A stretch of DNA of 64,000 bases from assembly GCA_963764715.1 (NCBI GenBank), contig CAVXTP010000010.1, positions 96,001-160,000 on the forward strand, written 5' to 3'. Positions 50,355 to 62,606 of the stretch are shown here, in pieces; positions within the stretch are counted from its first letter, which is position 1; the number at the start of each line of letters is the position of its first letter. The stretch comes from an uncultured Acidobacteriota bacterium (GTDB taxonomy: Bacteria > Acidobacteriota > Thermoanaerobaculia > UBA5066 > Gp7-AA6). The notes under the pieces were generated by a model that was given only the letters and a program-made list of their open reading frames with translations, did not search any database and was not told the DNA's origin. The position numbers were made by a program, and so were the translations under genes.

Positions 50355-52129
50355 GAAGCCCTCGTCTCGGACGGCGCCCAGACCTCGATGGTGGTGCCTC
50401 GCCCGGCGGCGCTCCGGATACCGATCCGCCCGCCGAGCAGCTCTGCCCGTTCCCGCATGCTCGCGAGGCCGAGGCCGGGGCGCAGTCGCTCGGCCAGCGG
50501 ATCGAAGCCCTCGCCGTCGTCGCGGATCGAGAGGCGGACGCCGCCCGACTCCGCCTCCAGGACGAGGTCGACCGCGCTCGCCCGGGCATGGCGCGCCGCG
50601 TTGCGCAGGGCCTCCTGGGCGATCCGGAAGAGTCCGAGCGCGGCGTCGCGCGAGAGGTCGGGGACGGACTCGGGCGCGTGGAGCCGGACCGGGAGCGACT
50701 CGAGGCTCTCCAGGCGTTCGCATTCGATGCGGAGGGCCTCCGTCAGGCCGAGGTCGTCGAGCGTCGAGGGGTGGAGGTGGTAGGCCAGCCGGTGCACGTC
50801 CTCGGAGATCTTCGTCAGCTCGCCGCGCATCTCGGCCGCGGTCCCGGCCTCGTCGCGGGAACTCGAATGGCGCTCGAGCTGCGCCGCGTCGATCGAGAGC
50901 CGGGCCAGACGCTGGCTCAGGTCGTCGTGGAGCTCCCGGGCGATCGACTTGCGCTCGTCCTCCTGGGCCGTGATCAGGAGCCGGTTCAGCGCCCGCACAC
51001 GCTCCTCGGCGCCTTGGCGGCGCCGGCGCTGGGCGAGAAGGCCGGCGATCAGAAGCGTCTCGACCGCGACGACCGCGACTCCGGTCAGGGCCTGGCGGCG
51101 GTAAGCCGCCCAGAGCGACGGCGGGCGGTTGCGCACCTCGCTGCCGGGGGGCAGCCGCCTCTCGTCGATGCTCCAGCGGTGGAGCTCGCGCCAGTCGTAC
51201 AGGTCGCGAAAGGGCTCGACGGGCGGGATCGCGATCTCCGCCGGCGGCTCGCCCCGCAGGAGCGCGAGAGCGACGCCCGCGCTGCGCCGCGCCTCCCGGT
51301 CGATGTCGACGAGCGGCCCGCCCACGATGCCCCGGCCGAGCTGGGTTTCGAAGATGCCGAACACGGGCGAATTGGACGCCGCGCGGATCGCAGCGAGGCC
51401 TTCGTGCTCTTCGTAGGGAACCCCGGCGGCGTCCACGTTGAGCGTCCCGTAGAAGACCGCCGAACGGGGGGGCAGCGCCGCGACCGCGCGGCGCATCCCT
51501 TCGAGCGGCAGCGTGTCGAGCCACTGGAACTCGACGCGCCCCGCGAAGCGCGCGAACTCGCGCTCGGCCTGGACCCGCCAGAACCTCTCGAGCGGCGAAT
51601 TTCCGATCACCATCGCCACCCGGTTCGTTCCCGGGAGCAGGCGGAGAATGTTCTCGACGATGCCCGGCGGGTCGATGTGGATCGGCACGATGACCTGGAT
51701 CGGCGACGGGGGCATCTCCCCGAGCCGTCGAACGTCGAGCCCGGTCGCGAGCACCGGGACGGACTCGAAGAGGGAGAAGCGGTTGCGGGCCACGAAGCTC
51801 GCGGCCGGAGCGCCCACGCTGATCACGAGGTCGAGCTGCCGGTCGCGAACCAGGGCCCGGAGGTAGTCGACGAACGGGCCTTCTTCGCCGGGCTGCGCGA
51901 AGCGCGCCAGCTCCAGGGGCGTCTCGAGGAACTCGACCGGTCCGGGCCACCGGCGGGCGATCTCGGTGCGGATCGAGGCCGTGAACCCGTCCCAGGGCGC
52001 GAAGCGATTGCCGAACGTGCTGACGAGCAGAATCCGGCGGACCTCGGTGTCCGCCGCGGCGAGGTCGTGCGGCCCGCCCAGGACGAGGAGCGCCGCGGAT
52101 GCCGCCAGCGCCCGGGTCAGAAGCCGCAC
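50351..52129 (-). CDS. Sensor histidine kinase (HisKA_3) with periplasmic substrate-binding-like domain
   Basis: QEDERKSIARELHDDLSQ, FRIAQEALRNAARH, DDGEGFD, GLGLASMRER; signal peptide and one TM helix. Confidence 0.92.
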   Translation of the reverse strand: MRLLTRALAASAALLVLGGPHDLAAADTEVRRILLVSTFGNRFAPWDGFTASIRTEIARRWPGPVEFLETPLELARFAQPGEEGPFVDYLRALVRDRQLDLVISVGAPAASFVARNRFSLFESVPVLATGLDVRRLGEMPPSPIQVIVPIHIDPPGIVENILRLLPGTNRVAMVIGNSPLERFWRVQAEREFARFAGRVEFQWLDTLPLEGMRRAVAALPPRSAVFYGTLNVDAAGVPYEEHEGLAAIRAASNSPVFGIFETQLGRGIVGGPLVDIDREARRSAGVALALLRGEPPAEIAIPPVEPFRDLYDWRELHRWSIDERRLPPGSEVRNRPPSLWAAYRRQALTGVAVVAVETLLIAGLLAQRRRRQGAEERVRALNRLLITAQEDERKSIARELHDDLSQRLARLSIDAAQLERHSSSRDEAGTAAEMRGELTKISEDVHRLAYHLHPSTLDDLGLTEALRIECERLESLESLPVRLHAPESVPDLSRDAALGLFRIAQEALRNAARHARASAVDLVLEAESGGVRLSIRDDGEGFDPLAERLRPGLGLASMRERAELLGGRIGIRSAAGRGTTIEVWAPSETRAS

Positions 52130-52154
52130 GACGTCACCCGGCCGGGCCCCGGCC

Positions 52155-53093
52155 TCAGAAGGGCAGGGGCATGGCGAACTGGACGTAGAGCCCCTGGCCG
52201 CGGGTCGTGAACTTGCCGCCGAACTCCCAGAAGTACCGGACGGTCAGCGCCCCTTGCAGCGTCGTGAACTCGGGGCCGACGCTGTTGATCTGGGACTTGT
52301 TCTCGCGCATCAGGAGCGGAGCGTCGATGCCCTTCGTCGAGGTCACCTGCCACTGGGCGTAGCCCACCGCGCCGAAATACCCGGAGAAGAGGCTGCCCTT
52401 CTCGCCGTAGTCCCGGCCGAGGCCCCACATGTACGTGAAGGGGTTGCCCGTCGTCCAGTCCTGGCCTTCTTTCTTGGAGTTGAAGTCGTAGAAGAGCGAG
52501 GCCGAGCCGTGCCACAGCCGGGCCTTGTCGAAGTAGCCCGTGATCCGGAACGACAGCTCGTTGGTCCACATGCCGAGCCCGGTGTTGTTCGGCGCTCCCG
52601 GCTCGTACCGGCCCGTCGGCGCGTAGAAGGCGTAGTGGAAGATGATGTCCGTGCCGCCGGCCGCCAGGGGCATCGGCTTGTCGCTGTGCCAGCCGAGCAT
52701 CACGGGAACGACCCAGAGCTGGGAGGCCGCGATCCCCGTGGATCCCCCGATGTCGAGGCGGGGAGACTCGAGCCGGACGTTCGCGAACGGCATCGCGACC
52801 ATCGCGCCGTAGTTGGCGCCGAAGAGACAGAACTTCGACACGTACTGGACGAGGGGCCCGAACAGCTCCTGCGTCACCTGCGGGCCGTCGATGGCGTTCT
52901 TGTCCGGCCCGACGAGCTGGTCGGCCCACGTAATGTCGCCGAACATCCCGGCGTAGAGGCCGGGCGGAGGCATCACGCCGGCCTTGTTGCCGAACTCGCC
53001 CTTGATGATCAACTGTTGCGCGGAAGCTCCGGCCGCGAGGCCGAGGGTGAGCACCGCCGCGACGAAAACGTGCCGTAGGGCCTGAAGTCTCAT
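52155..53093 (-). CDS. SphA / Phenol_MetA_deg family outer-membrane barrel
   Basis: AGVMPPPGLY, PVMLGWH, YAPTGRYEPG..NTGLGMWT, GAVGYAQWQVT, terminal Phe. Confidence 0.78.
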   Translation of the reverse strand: MRLQALRHVFVAAVLTLGLAAGASAQQLIIKGEFGNKAGVMPPPGLYAGMFGDITWADQLVGPDKNAIDGPQVTQELFGPLVQYVSKFCLFGANYGAMVAMPFANVRLESPRLDIGGSTGIAASQLWVVPVMLGWHSDKPMPLAAGGTDIIFHYAFYAPTGRYEPGAPNNTGLGMWTNELSFRITGYFDKARLWHGSASLFYDFNSKKEGQDWTTGNPFTYMWGLGRDYGEKGSLFSGYFGAVGYAQWQVTSTKGIDAPLLMRENKSQINSVGPEFTTLQGALTVRYFWEFGGKFTTRGQGLYVQFAMPLPF

Positions 53094-53120
53094 GTCTCTC
53101 CCGCGCCGTGAGGCTCAATG

Positions 53121-53149
53121 AAAAGGGCGGCCGGACTTCCCGGCCGCCC
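53121..53149 (-). terminator. Intrinsic terminator / attenuator
   Basis: Minus strand GGGCGGCCGG-loop-CCGGCCGCCC followed by TTTT. Confidence 0.65.
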
Positions 53150-53176
53150 AGGAAATTCGAGTGCGCTTCCCCGAGG

Positions 53177-53707
53177 CTAGCTCTTGCCCGTGCCCGGGGG
53201 GAAGTTCGCGAAGAGCTTCTGCATGGCCTCGGTGATCGTCTCCGCGCTCTCGCCGTTGGGCTTGACCTGATCCTGCGCGGTGCCGCGCCAGACCATCTCG
53301 TGGGTGCTCGGGTCGACGAGGTCGATGATCAGCGTCCCGATCGGGATGTTCTGCTGAGTCGTGGTCGCCATCCCGCCGCCCATCCCGCCCCAGCCCCGGT
53401 AACCGAAGCCGCCCATGCTCGTCGTCGTGAACTGCTTCTCCTGCGACAGAACCACGTGCGGGTAGACGAGGACGGTCGGGTTGGTCGTGGTGGGCTGCCA
53501 TCCCTTGGACGTCAGGGTCTGGGTGATGCCGTCTTCGATGCGCTTCTGGGTGAAGGACGTCGGAGCCTTGGTCCCCTCCATGATCTGGAACGTGCTGTAC
53601 TTGGACCAGTTGACCGAGTGGTCGTAGTCGACCGATGTCGTCATCGTGGAACAGGCCAGGGTCGCCGCGCCCGCGAGCACTGCCAGGACGGAAGCTGCCT
53701 TTCTCAT
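53177..53707 (-). CDS. DUF4136 family lipoprotein
   Basis: Lipobox LAC; VDYDHSVNWSKYSTF, GTLIIDLVD, VWRGTA, LFANFPP. Confidence 0.88.
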   Translation of the reverse strand: MRKAASVLAVLAGAATLACSTMTTSVDYDHSVNWSKYSTFQIMEGTKAPTSFTQKRIEDGITQTLTSKGWQPTTTNPTVLVYPHVVLSQEKQFTTTSMGGFGYRGWGGMGGGMATTTQQNIPIGTLIIDLVDPSTHEMVWRGTAQDQVKPNGESAETITEAMQKLFANFPPGTGKS

Positions 53708-53766
53708 GATCTCTCCTCTGTGAGTCGGTTTGTTTGTCGGCGCCATCCTATTTCAAGTCGCGGCTG

Positions 53767-56301
53767 TCAGCGACGGCCGCCGCCCCGGAAGCCGCCGCCT
53801 CCGCCCCATCCGCCAGACCGGCCGCCCCATCCGCCTCCTCCGCCTCCCCAGGAGTGGTCGCCTCCGCCCCAGCTTCCGCTGCCGCCCCAGCTCTTGTTGC
53901 CCCAGTCGCTCGAGCTGAAGTTGCTCCAGTTCTTGTCGCCGGTCGAGCGGGCGTTCGACCAGTTGTCGAGGTTCTTGGATTCTTCCGCGGACGCTCCCTG
54001 CCAGGTGCTGCCGTTTCCGCCGAGGTTTTTCTGCCAGCCGTTGCCGGTGTTCGTGTAGACGTTGCCGTCGTGGTCGGCGTAGTAGTTCCCGTTGACCTTG
54101 GCGACGCCGCCCTGGTCACCGTGGATGGCACCGCCCGAATACGTGTTGCCTCCCGCGCCCGTGACCGTGCCGTGGGACGCCGTGACCTGGTTGCCCGTGT
54201 ACGCGTTGCCGACCGTCGCGCGTCCGCCGGCGGCCGAGGCGCCGGTCGTCGGGTTGTACGCGGCCCCGCGGCCGCCCGAGGCGTAGTTTCCGGTGTAGGC
54301 GTTGTAGGCCTGGCCCCGCTGGCCCCAGCCCTGAGCCCCGGTCGTCGAGTTGTAGAACGAGCCTTCCTGGCCGTGCCATGCGTTGCCCGTCCACGCGTTG
54401 TAGCCGCCGCCGCTTCGCGTCACGGCGGAGGTCGAGCCCCACTGGCTGTAGACGTTGCCCGAGGAGTAGCGCGCGTAGCCCGGTCCCCAGACTGCGCCGC
54501 CGCCGTAGCCCCAGGCGGCCGCGCCGTAGTGGCCGTACCAGCCGCCGCAGGCCGCGCCCCAGCCCCATCCGCAGTAGCCCCAGCCGTAGCCGCACATCGC
54601 CGCGCCCATCGCGAAGCCGCAGCCGACGCCGAAGGCGAAGGCCCAGCCCGTGTAGGGCGTGTACGCGAGGTTGACGCCGTAGCCGTAGGTGACGGGCGGC
54701 CCGTACCAGACGGTCCCGATCCACGGCGTGTAGTAGTAGCCGGTACCGTAGACGACGACGCCGTTGGAGACGATGACGCCGGTGTAGCCGGGCGTGTAAC
54801 CGACGTACACGACGGTCGGCGTCGAGCCGTAGACCTGGACGTACGTCAGGTTGTAGAGCGGCGAGGACGGCGGGATCGCGTAGATCGAGGACGGGAGCCA
54901 CGCCGCCACGACCCAGGGGCCGGTGACGGCCGTCGACGTGAACCAGATGCCGCTCTGGCAGGCGTAGAAGGAGTTGGGGCCGGTCATGATGATCGGCGTC
55001 GAGGCGTTCCAGACGTACTGGAGCGTGGTGTCCGGGACCGGCTTGAACTCGGGCGCGCCGTCGAAGGTGATCGGCTTGATCTGTGCGGTGCGCTGGACGG
55101 TCGCCGTCTGCGGGATCGAGTTCGCGACGACCGCCGCCTGGGCCTGCTTGGTCCCCGGGACGGAGGCTTTGACGTTCTCCATCGGGCTCTCGTCGGGGAT
55201 GTTCTTGAAATCGGGCGGCAGGCTCGCGACCGGCACGTAGGTCCACGGACCGGTGGTGTCGGGCGCGCTGAACCAGCGTCCGGCGATCAGGACGTACGTG
55301 TTCTGGTTCGCAATGTCCTTGAAGACGCGGCCGGTGGTGTTTTTGATGTAAAGAAGCTGCGTGCCCGGGATCGACTCGTAGTTCGGCTCGCCGCCGACGA
55401 CGATGAGCTCGGTCGGCTGCGTCTCCATGTAGACGACCGGCACCGGCTTGTTCTTGAGTGACGGCTTCTGCGCGCTCGGGTCCGAGGCCGAGCCGCCCGT
55501 CATCGGGTCGCCGTTCTTGGCGGCGAGGATGGCTTTCAGGGCCTTGTCGAGGTTGTCCTTCCGGCCGAAGTGGGGATCCGACACCTTCCACGGTCCGGCG
55601 ATCGAGGAGGCCTCCATCCAGCCGTCGAAGAGGTGAAGGTAGAGCTCGCCCGAGTCCGCCTTCAGCACGATCGAGCTCGTGTTGATCAGGCGCTGGAGAT
55701 CCGTGCCCGACTGCGCGCGGAAGGCTGGTGGACCGGCGACGAGGACGAGGACGGCCGGGACGTTGGAGAAGATGACGTGGGGCGGGGTGTTGTCGAGCGG
55801 CCGCGATTCGCCTTCGGCCTTCGCGGCGACGATGCCGAGGTCGGCCTCGAGACGGTCGAGGGAGATCGCCTTGGATCGCTTGGCCGGCTCGAGCTCGTGG
55901 AGGGCCGCTGTCCACGCCGCCGCGTTCTGCGGAGCCGAGGGGAAGCTCGAACGCGTGATGTTGAGCTCCTCGAGATAGACGAGCCGGTTGACCTTGTCGA
56001 CCTCGGTCCGGGCCGTGAACCAGATGACGCCGAAGGTCGGGTCCTTGCTCCCAGAGGCTTGCACCGACACGGCCGCGTGGGCGTCGAGCTGGTTGTTCTT
56101 CCAGCTGTCGAGCTGCGGTTGGTAGATGAGAAACGTGTTGGTCCCCTGTACCAGCCGCCGCGGCCACGGGTCGCTCGGGGCGGGCGCCGCGGCCGCCGCG
56201 GTTGTCGACGGCGTGGACTGCTGCGCCTGCGCCACCGGTACGGCGGCGACCCAGGCGGAGATCAGGCCGGCGATCGCGGATCGAATGAGCTGTCGGACCA
56301 T
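53767..56301 (-). CDS. Large secreted protein with Gly/Tyr/Trp-rich C-terminal repeats (function unknown)
   Basis: Signal peptide; DPWPR, IYQPQLDSW, YVLIAGRWF, GPW repeats, YNxxTG repeats, GGGGFRGGGRR tail. Confidence 0.8.
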   Translation of the reverse strand: MVRQLIRSAIAGLISAWVAAVPVAQAQQSTPSTTAAAAAPAPSDPWPRRLVQGTNTFLIYQPQLDSWKNNQLDAHAAVSVQASGSKDPTFGVIWFTARTEVDKVNRLVYLEELNITRSSFPSAPQNAAAWTAALHELEPAKRSKAISLDRLEADLGIVAAKAEGESRPLDNTPPHVIFSNVPAVLVLVAGPPAFRAQSGTDLQRLINTSSIVLKADSGELYLHLFDGWMEASSIAGPWKVSDPHFGRKDNLDKALKAILAAKNGDPMTGGSASDPSAQKPSLKNKPVPVVYMETQPTELIVVGGEPNYESIPGTQLLYIKNTTGRVFKDIANQNTYVLIAGRWFSAPDTTGPWTYVPVASLPPDFKNIPDESPMENVKASVPGTKQAQAAVVANSIPQTATVQRTAQIKPITFDGAPEFKPVPDTTLQYVWNASTPIIMTGPNSFYACQSGIWFTSTAVTGPWVVAAWLPSSIYAIPPSSPLYNLTYVQVYGSTPTVVYVGYTPGYTGVIVSNGVVVYGTGYYYTPWIGTVWYGPPVTYGYGVNLAYTPYTGWAFAFGVGCGFAMGAAMCGYGWGYCGWGWGAACGGWYGHYGAAAWGYGGGAVWGPGYARYSSGNVYSQWGSTSAVTRSGGGYNAWTGNAWHGQEGSFYNSTTGAQGWGQRGQAYNAYTGNYASGGRGAAYNPTTGASAAGGRATVGNAYTGNQVTASHGTVTGAGGNTYSGGAIHGDQGGVAKVNGNYYADHDGNVYTNTGNGWQKNLGGNGSTWQGASAEESKNLDNWSNARSTGDKNWSNFSSSDWGNKSWGGSGSWGGGDHSWGGGGGGWGGRSGGWGGGGGFRGGGRR

Positions 56302-56367
56302 GGGAACCTCCGAATAGCCGGGGAATATACACTTGCGGCCGAATTTCCGGATACGTCAGGGAGGACC

Positions 56368-57144
56368 ATGCACGTCACGTCGTTCGGCTACTTCCTCTCG
56401 GGAGGACTCTTCGTCGGGATGCTGATCCTGCTCGAGGTCGGGCGGCGCTTCGGCGCGCGTCGGCTGGCGCGCGATCCGGAAGGCGCGCGCACGGGAGTGT
56501 CCGCCGTGGAGGGCGCTCTCTTCGGCCTCCTCGGACTGCTCATCGCCTTCACGTTCTCGGGCGCGGCGGGCCGGCTCGACGCCCGTCGCAAGCTCGTCAC
56601 CGAGGAGGCCAACAACATCGGCACGGCCTGGCTGCGGCTCGAGCTGCTGCCGGCCGACGCCCAGCCCGCCCTGCGGGACCTCTTCCGGCAGTACCTCGAC
56701 TCGCGGCTCCTGACCTACAAGAAGATCCCCGACCTCCCGGCCGTCGAGGCCGAGCTCGCGCATTCGAGCCGGATCCAGGGAGAGATCTGGAAGCAGGCCG
56801 TCGCGGCCGTCCGGGCGGCTCCGCCCGGCCCGAGCGGCACGGCCCTCCTGACGTCGCTCAACGCGATGTTCGACATCATGACCACGCGGACGATGGCCGC
56901 GCGGACGCACCCGCCCGGGATCATCTACGTCATGCTCGTCGTCCTGGCGCTCGCCGCGTCGCTCTTCGCGGGCGACGCTATGGCGGGCGCGAAGAGCCGG
57001 AGCTGGATCCACGTCGTCGGCTTCGCGATGGTGCTGTCGCTGACGGTCTACGTGACCCTCGATCTCGAGTACCCGCGGGTCGGGTTCATCCGCATCGACG
57101 CGACCGACCGCGTGCTCACGGACCTGCGCGAGAGCATGAAGTGA
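56368..57144 (+). CDS. DUF4239 / bestrophin-like membrane protein
   Basis: GLLGLLIAFTFSGA, EEANNIGTAWLR, LDLEYPRVGFIRI; GGAGG RBS. Confidence 0.75.
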   Translation: MHVTSFGYFLSGGLFVGMLILLEVGRRFGARRLARDPEGARTGVSAVEGALFGLLGLLIAFTFSGAAGRLDARRKLVTEEANNIGTAWLRLELLPADAQPALRDLFRQYLDSRLLTYKKIPDLPAVEAELAHSSRIQGEIWKQAVAAVRAAPPGPSGTALLTSLNAMFDIMTTRTMAARTHPPGIIYVMLVVLALAASLFAGDAMAGAKSRSWIHVVGFAMVLSLTVYVTLDLEYPRVGFIRIDATDRVLTDLRESMK

Positions 57145-57170
57145 CTGAGCGGCATGAGAGGATGCGGGCC

Positions 57171-57707
57171 ATGAAACGCAACGCCGTCTTCGCGTCGCTC
57201 CTCGCCCTGGTTTCGCTCGCCTGCGCCTCGGCTCCCAAGATCAAGGTCGGGTGGGACCAGCACGCCGACTTCAAGAAGTACAAGACCTGGGCCTGGAAGC
57301 CGGACGGCTCGATCAAGGACCCGGTCTGGGAGAAGCGCTTCCGGGACGTCCTCTCCGACCAGCTCGAGAAGGACGGCCTGAGACGGGTCGACGTCGGCGC
57401 CGGCCCCGATCTCTGGGCGGTCGTTCACGCGCGTCTGTCGGCCGAGACCCAGGTCGTCTCGTACGATCCGGGCTGGGGCTACGGCTGGGGCGCCTGGGGA
57501 CCGAGCTACACGGAGATCTACCAGATCCCGGTGGGGACGATCCTCGTCGACCTCGTGGACGCGAAGCACAAGGAGGCGGTCTGGCAGGGCCGGGTGAACG
57601 GCTACATCGCGCAGAACAAGACGAACGAGGAGCGCGAGGAGAAGCTGATCGCGATCATCGCCGAGATGTTCGCGGGTTATCCGCCGGCGACGACCCCGGC
57701 GAACTGA
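57171..57707 (+). CDS. DUF4136 family lipoprotein
   Basis: Lipobox LAC; ADFKKYKTWAW, GTILVDLVDA, VWQG, YPP. Confidence 0.85.
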   Translation: MKRNAVFASLLALVSLACASAPKIKVGWDQHADFKKYKTWAWKPDGSIKDPVWEKRFRDVLSDQLEKDGLRRVDVGAGPDLWAVVHARLSAETQVVSYDPGWGYGWGAWGPSYTEIYQIPVGTILVDLVDAKHKEAVWQGRVNGYIAQNKTNEEREEKLIAIIAEMFAGYPPATTPAN

Positions 57708-57796
57708 AGGTCTTTTCCTCCCCGGCGGGAGGAGAGGGTGGTCGCCGGGCCCGCTCGCGTCGTGAAGCGAGCCCTGAAACTGCCGCGTCCCCGTAC

Positions 57797-57894
57797 GTAG
57801 GGGCGCCCCTTGCGGGCGCCCCCTGCTGTGCCCGTTGAGAGGCGGCACGCGAATCGTCAGCGGGTCAGCGGGCGGCCACAAGGGCCGCCCCTAC
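57797..57894. repeat. GTAG-type REP-like element (copy 3, longer spacer)
   Basis: GTAGGGGCGCCCCTTGCGGGCGCCC...GGGCGGCCACAAGGGCCGCCCCTAC between convergent genes. Confidence 0.78.
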
Positions 57895-57929
57895 GGCCCG
57901 GGTCTTAACGACCTGTTGAAAAACGAGAG

Positions 57930-61092
<3,163 letters not shown>

Positions 61093-61149
61093 TCACGAAC
61101 TCCCTCGGCGAGCCGCGGTGGCTCGCCGAGGGAAAGGGGTTGCTTTCCG

Positions 61150-62310
61150 CTACCCGAGCCGCAACTCGGACGGGGAGGGAAGCTTTTCGGTGGTGACCTT
61201 CTTCCAGCGTTCCTCCAGCAGCTCTCTCGCCGCCTGTTCGAGGAACTCGGGCGCGGCCCACTGTTTCACGTCGAAGTCGTTCTTGATGTAGCCGTGGCCG
61301 AGCATGAAGTCCTTGCCGATCTCGATCGCGGTCAGGTTCTGCGGCGACAGGTTGGGCACGAGGTCGAGGTTCTTGATGCTCCGGTACGTGTCCTCGACGT
61401 CCAGGTAGAAGGTCTGCTTGTCGAGGATCGCCGCCGCGGCGTGCTTGTGCTCGTTGCCCCAGCGTCCCACCTTGATCATGCCCTTCATGAACGTGACGAC
61501 TAGGTCGGGGTGCTTCTCGGCCATCTCCTGGGTGCACGTGATGACGGCGGGGACGTTGGCCACCTGGAGCGTCCAGTCCGGATACCGTGCCAGGTCCTCG
61601 ATCGCCTTGAACTTGCCCGTCGCCTCCTGGAGATGCTGGAAGGGACCGGTCTGGGTATAGATCGCGTCGACGACGCCCTTCTCCAGAGCAGTCTCCAGGG
61701 GTCGGAACGCGAGGTCGCGCTTGTGGTCCCGCTTGAGCCACAGCTCGGACGGGTTCTCCATGGGATCCAGCATCTCGGGCTTGTCGTACCAGTCGTCCGG
61801 GTAGGGGAACTCCACGATCTCGACGTCCTTGCGGGACATGTCGTTCAACATGAGCATCAGCTCGATGCCCTGCTCCTCCTGGATGCGCCACCAGTCGGTC
61901 TTGATGGTGTTCAGGCTCTTGGTGAGACCGATCTTCTTGCCCTTGAGATCCTTCATCCGGAAGATCCTGTCCCTGGACCGCACCATGATGCAGCCGCCCT
62001 CGTAGACCTGCGTCGCCCCGAGCAGGCGAGTCCGGCGCATGTCGGCATGAACGTGGATGGGCGGAAACAGGCCGCCGAAGCGAATCAGGTTGTCGAGGTT
62101 GTGGATGTAGTGGGGGTACCAGTTGTTCTCGCGGCGGGAGCGGAGGAAGGCGTACTGGACTCCGATCTTCTTGAACTCCTCCTTGGTCCAGCCGAGCTCC
62201 TGGTCGATGTTGCTGGCGGACACGAGGGGACAGTTGGTGTAGTACACCTCACTCCAGTCCAGCGGGACCGTGTCAGATTTCCTCTCGAGGTCCATCGTTA
62301 CCGTCGTCAT
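61150..62310 (-). CDS. DszB-like (aryl-sulfinate desulfinase / SsuA-fold) protein
   Basis: YYTNCP...H...RFGGLFPP...RTRLLG...DLKGKKIG mirrors my recollection of Rhodococcus DszB (YSNCP, H60, RFGGEIPP, RTRLLG); no signal peptide. Confidence 0.75.
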   Translation of the reverse strand: MTTVTMDLERKSDTVPLDWSEVYYTNCPLVSASNIDQELGWTKEEFKKIGVQYAFLRSRRENNWYPHYIHNLDNLIRFGGLFPPIHVHADMRRTRLLGATQVYEGGCIMVRSRDRIFRMKDLKGKKIGLTKSLNTIKTDWWRIQEEQGIELMLMLNDMSRKDVEIVEFPYPDDWYDKPEMLDPMENPSELWLKRDHKRDLAFRPLETALEKGVVDAIYTQTGPFQHLQEATGKFKAIEDLARYPDWTLQVANVPAVITCTQEMAEKHPDLVVTFMKGMIKVGRWGNEHKHAAAAILDKQTFYLDVEDTYRSIKNLDLVPNLSPQNLTAIEIGKDFMLGHGYIKNDFDVKQWAAPEFLEQAARELLEERWKKVTTEKLPSPSELRLG

Positions 62311-62606
62311 TTGCGGCTCCTTTCTACCGATTCATCGAGGCCGAGCCTTTGCTCGGTTCGCTGTTTCTTGCTTGTTTCGATTGCCATCAAACGAAGGGTC
62401 GGGCATTGAAGACGACGCTCCCGAGCATCAGGATGTCCAGGAGCGCGATGATGAAGGCATGACGACTGTTTCACCGGGCTTCCGCTTGCTGCTGTCTCGG
62501 GACGGGAGAAATCGTCGAGTCCGGTGTCCACATCGCGAGGCTACGTCCCGGGAACCGCCAGGCCATGATTCATTGGAACCATACGGTCGCTCACTCGCGG
62601 CGGGTT

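Noticed and set aside
33301-57894. Calling the envelope block a mobile genomic island
   Set aside because: No integrase, transposase, tRNA target or flanking direct repeats were seen; mobility is unsupported.
62365-62390. sigma54 promoter upstream of the DszB-like gene
   Set aside because: TGGCA is present on the minus strand, but GG-to-GC spacing is 12 rather than 10.
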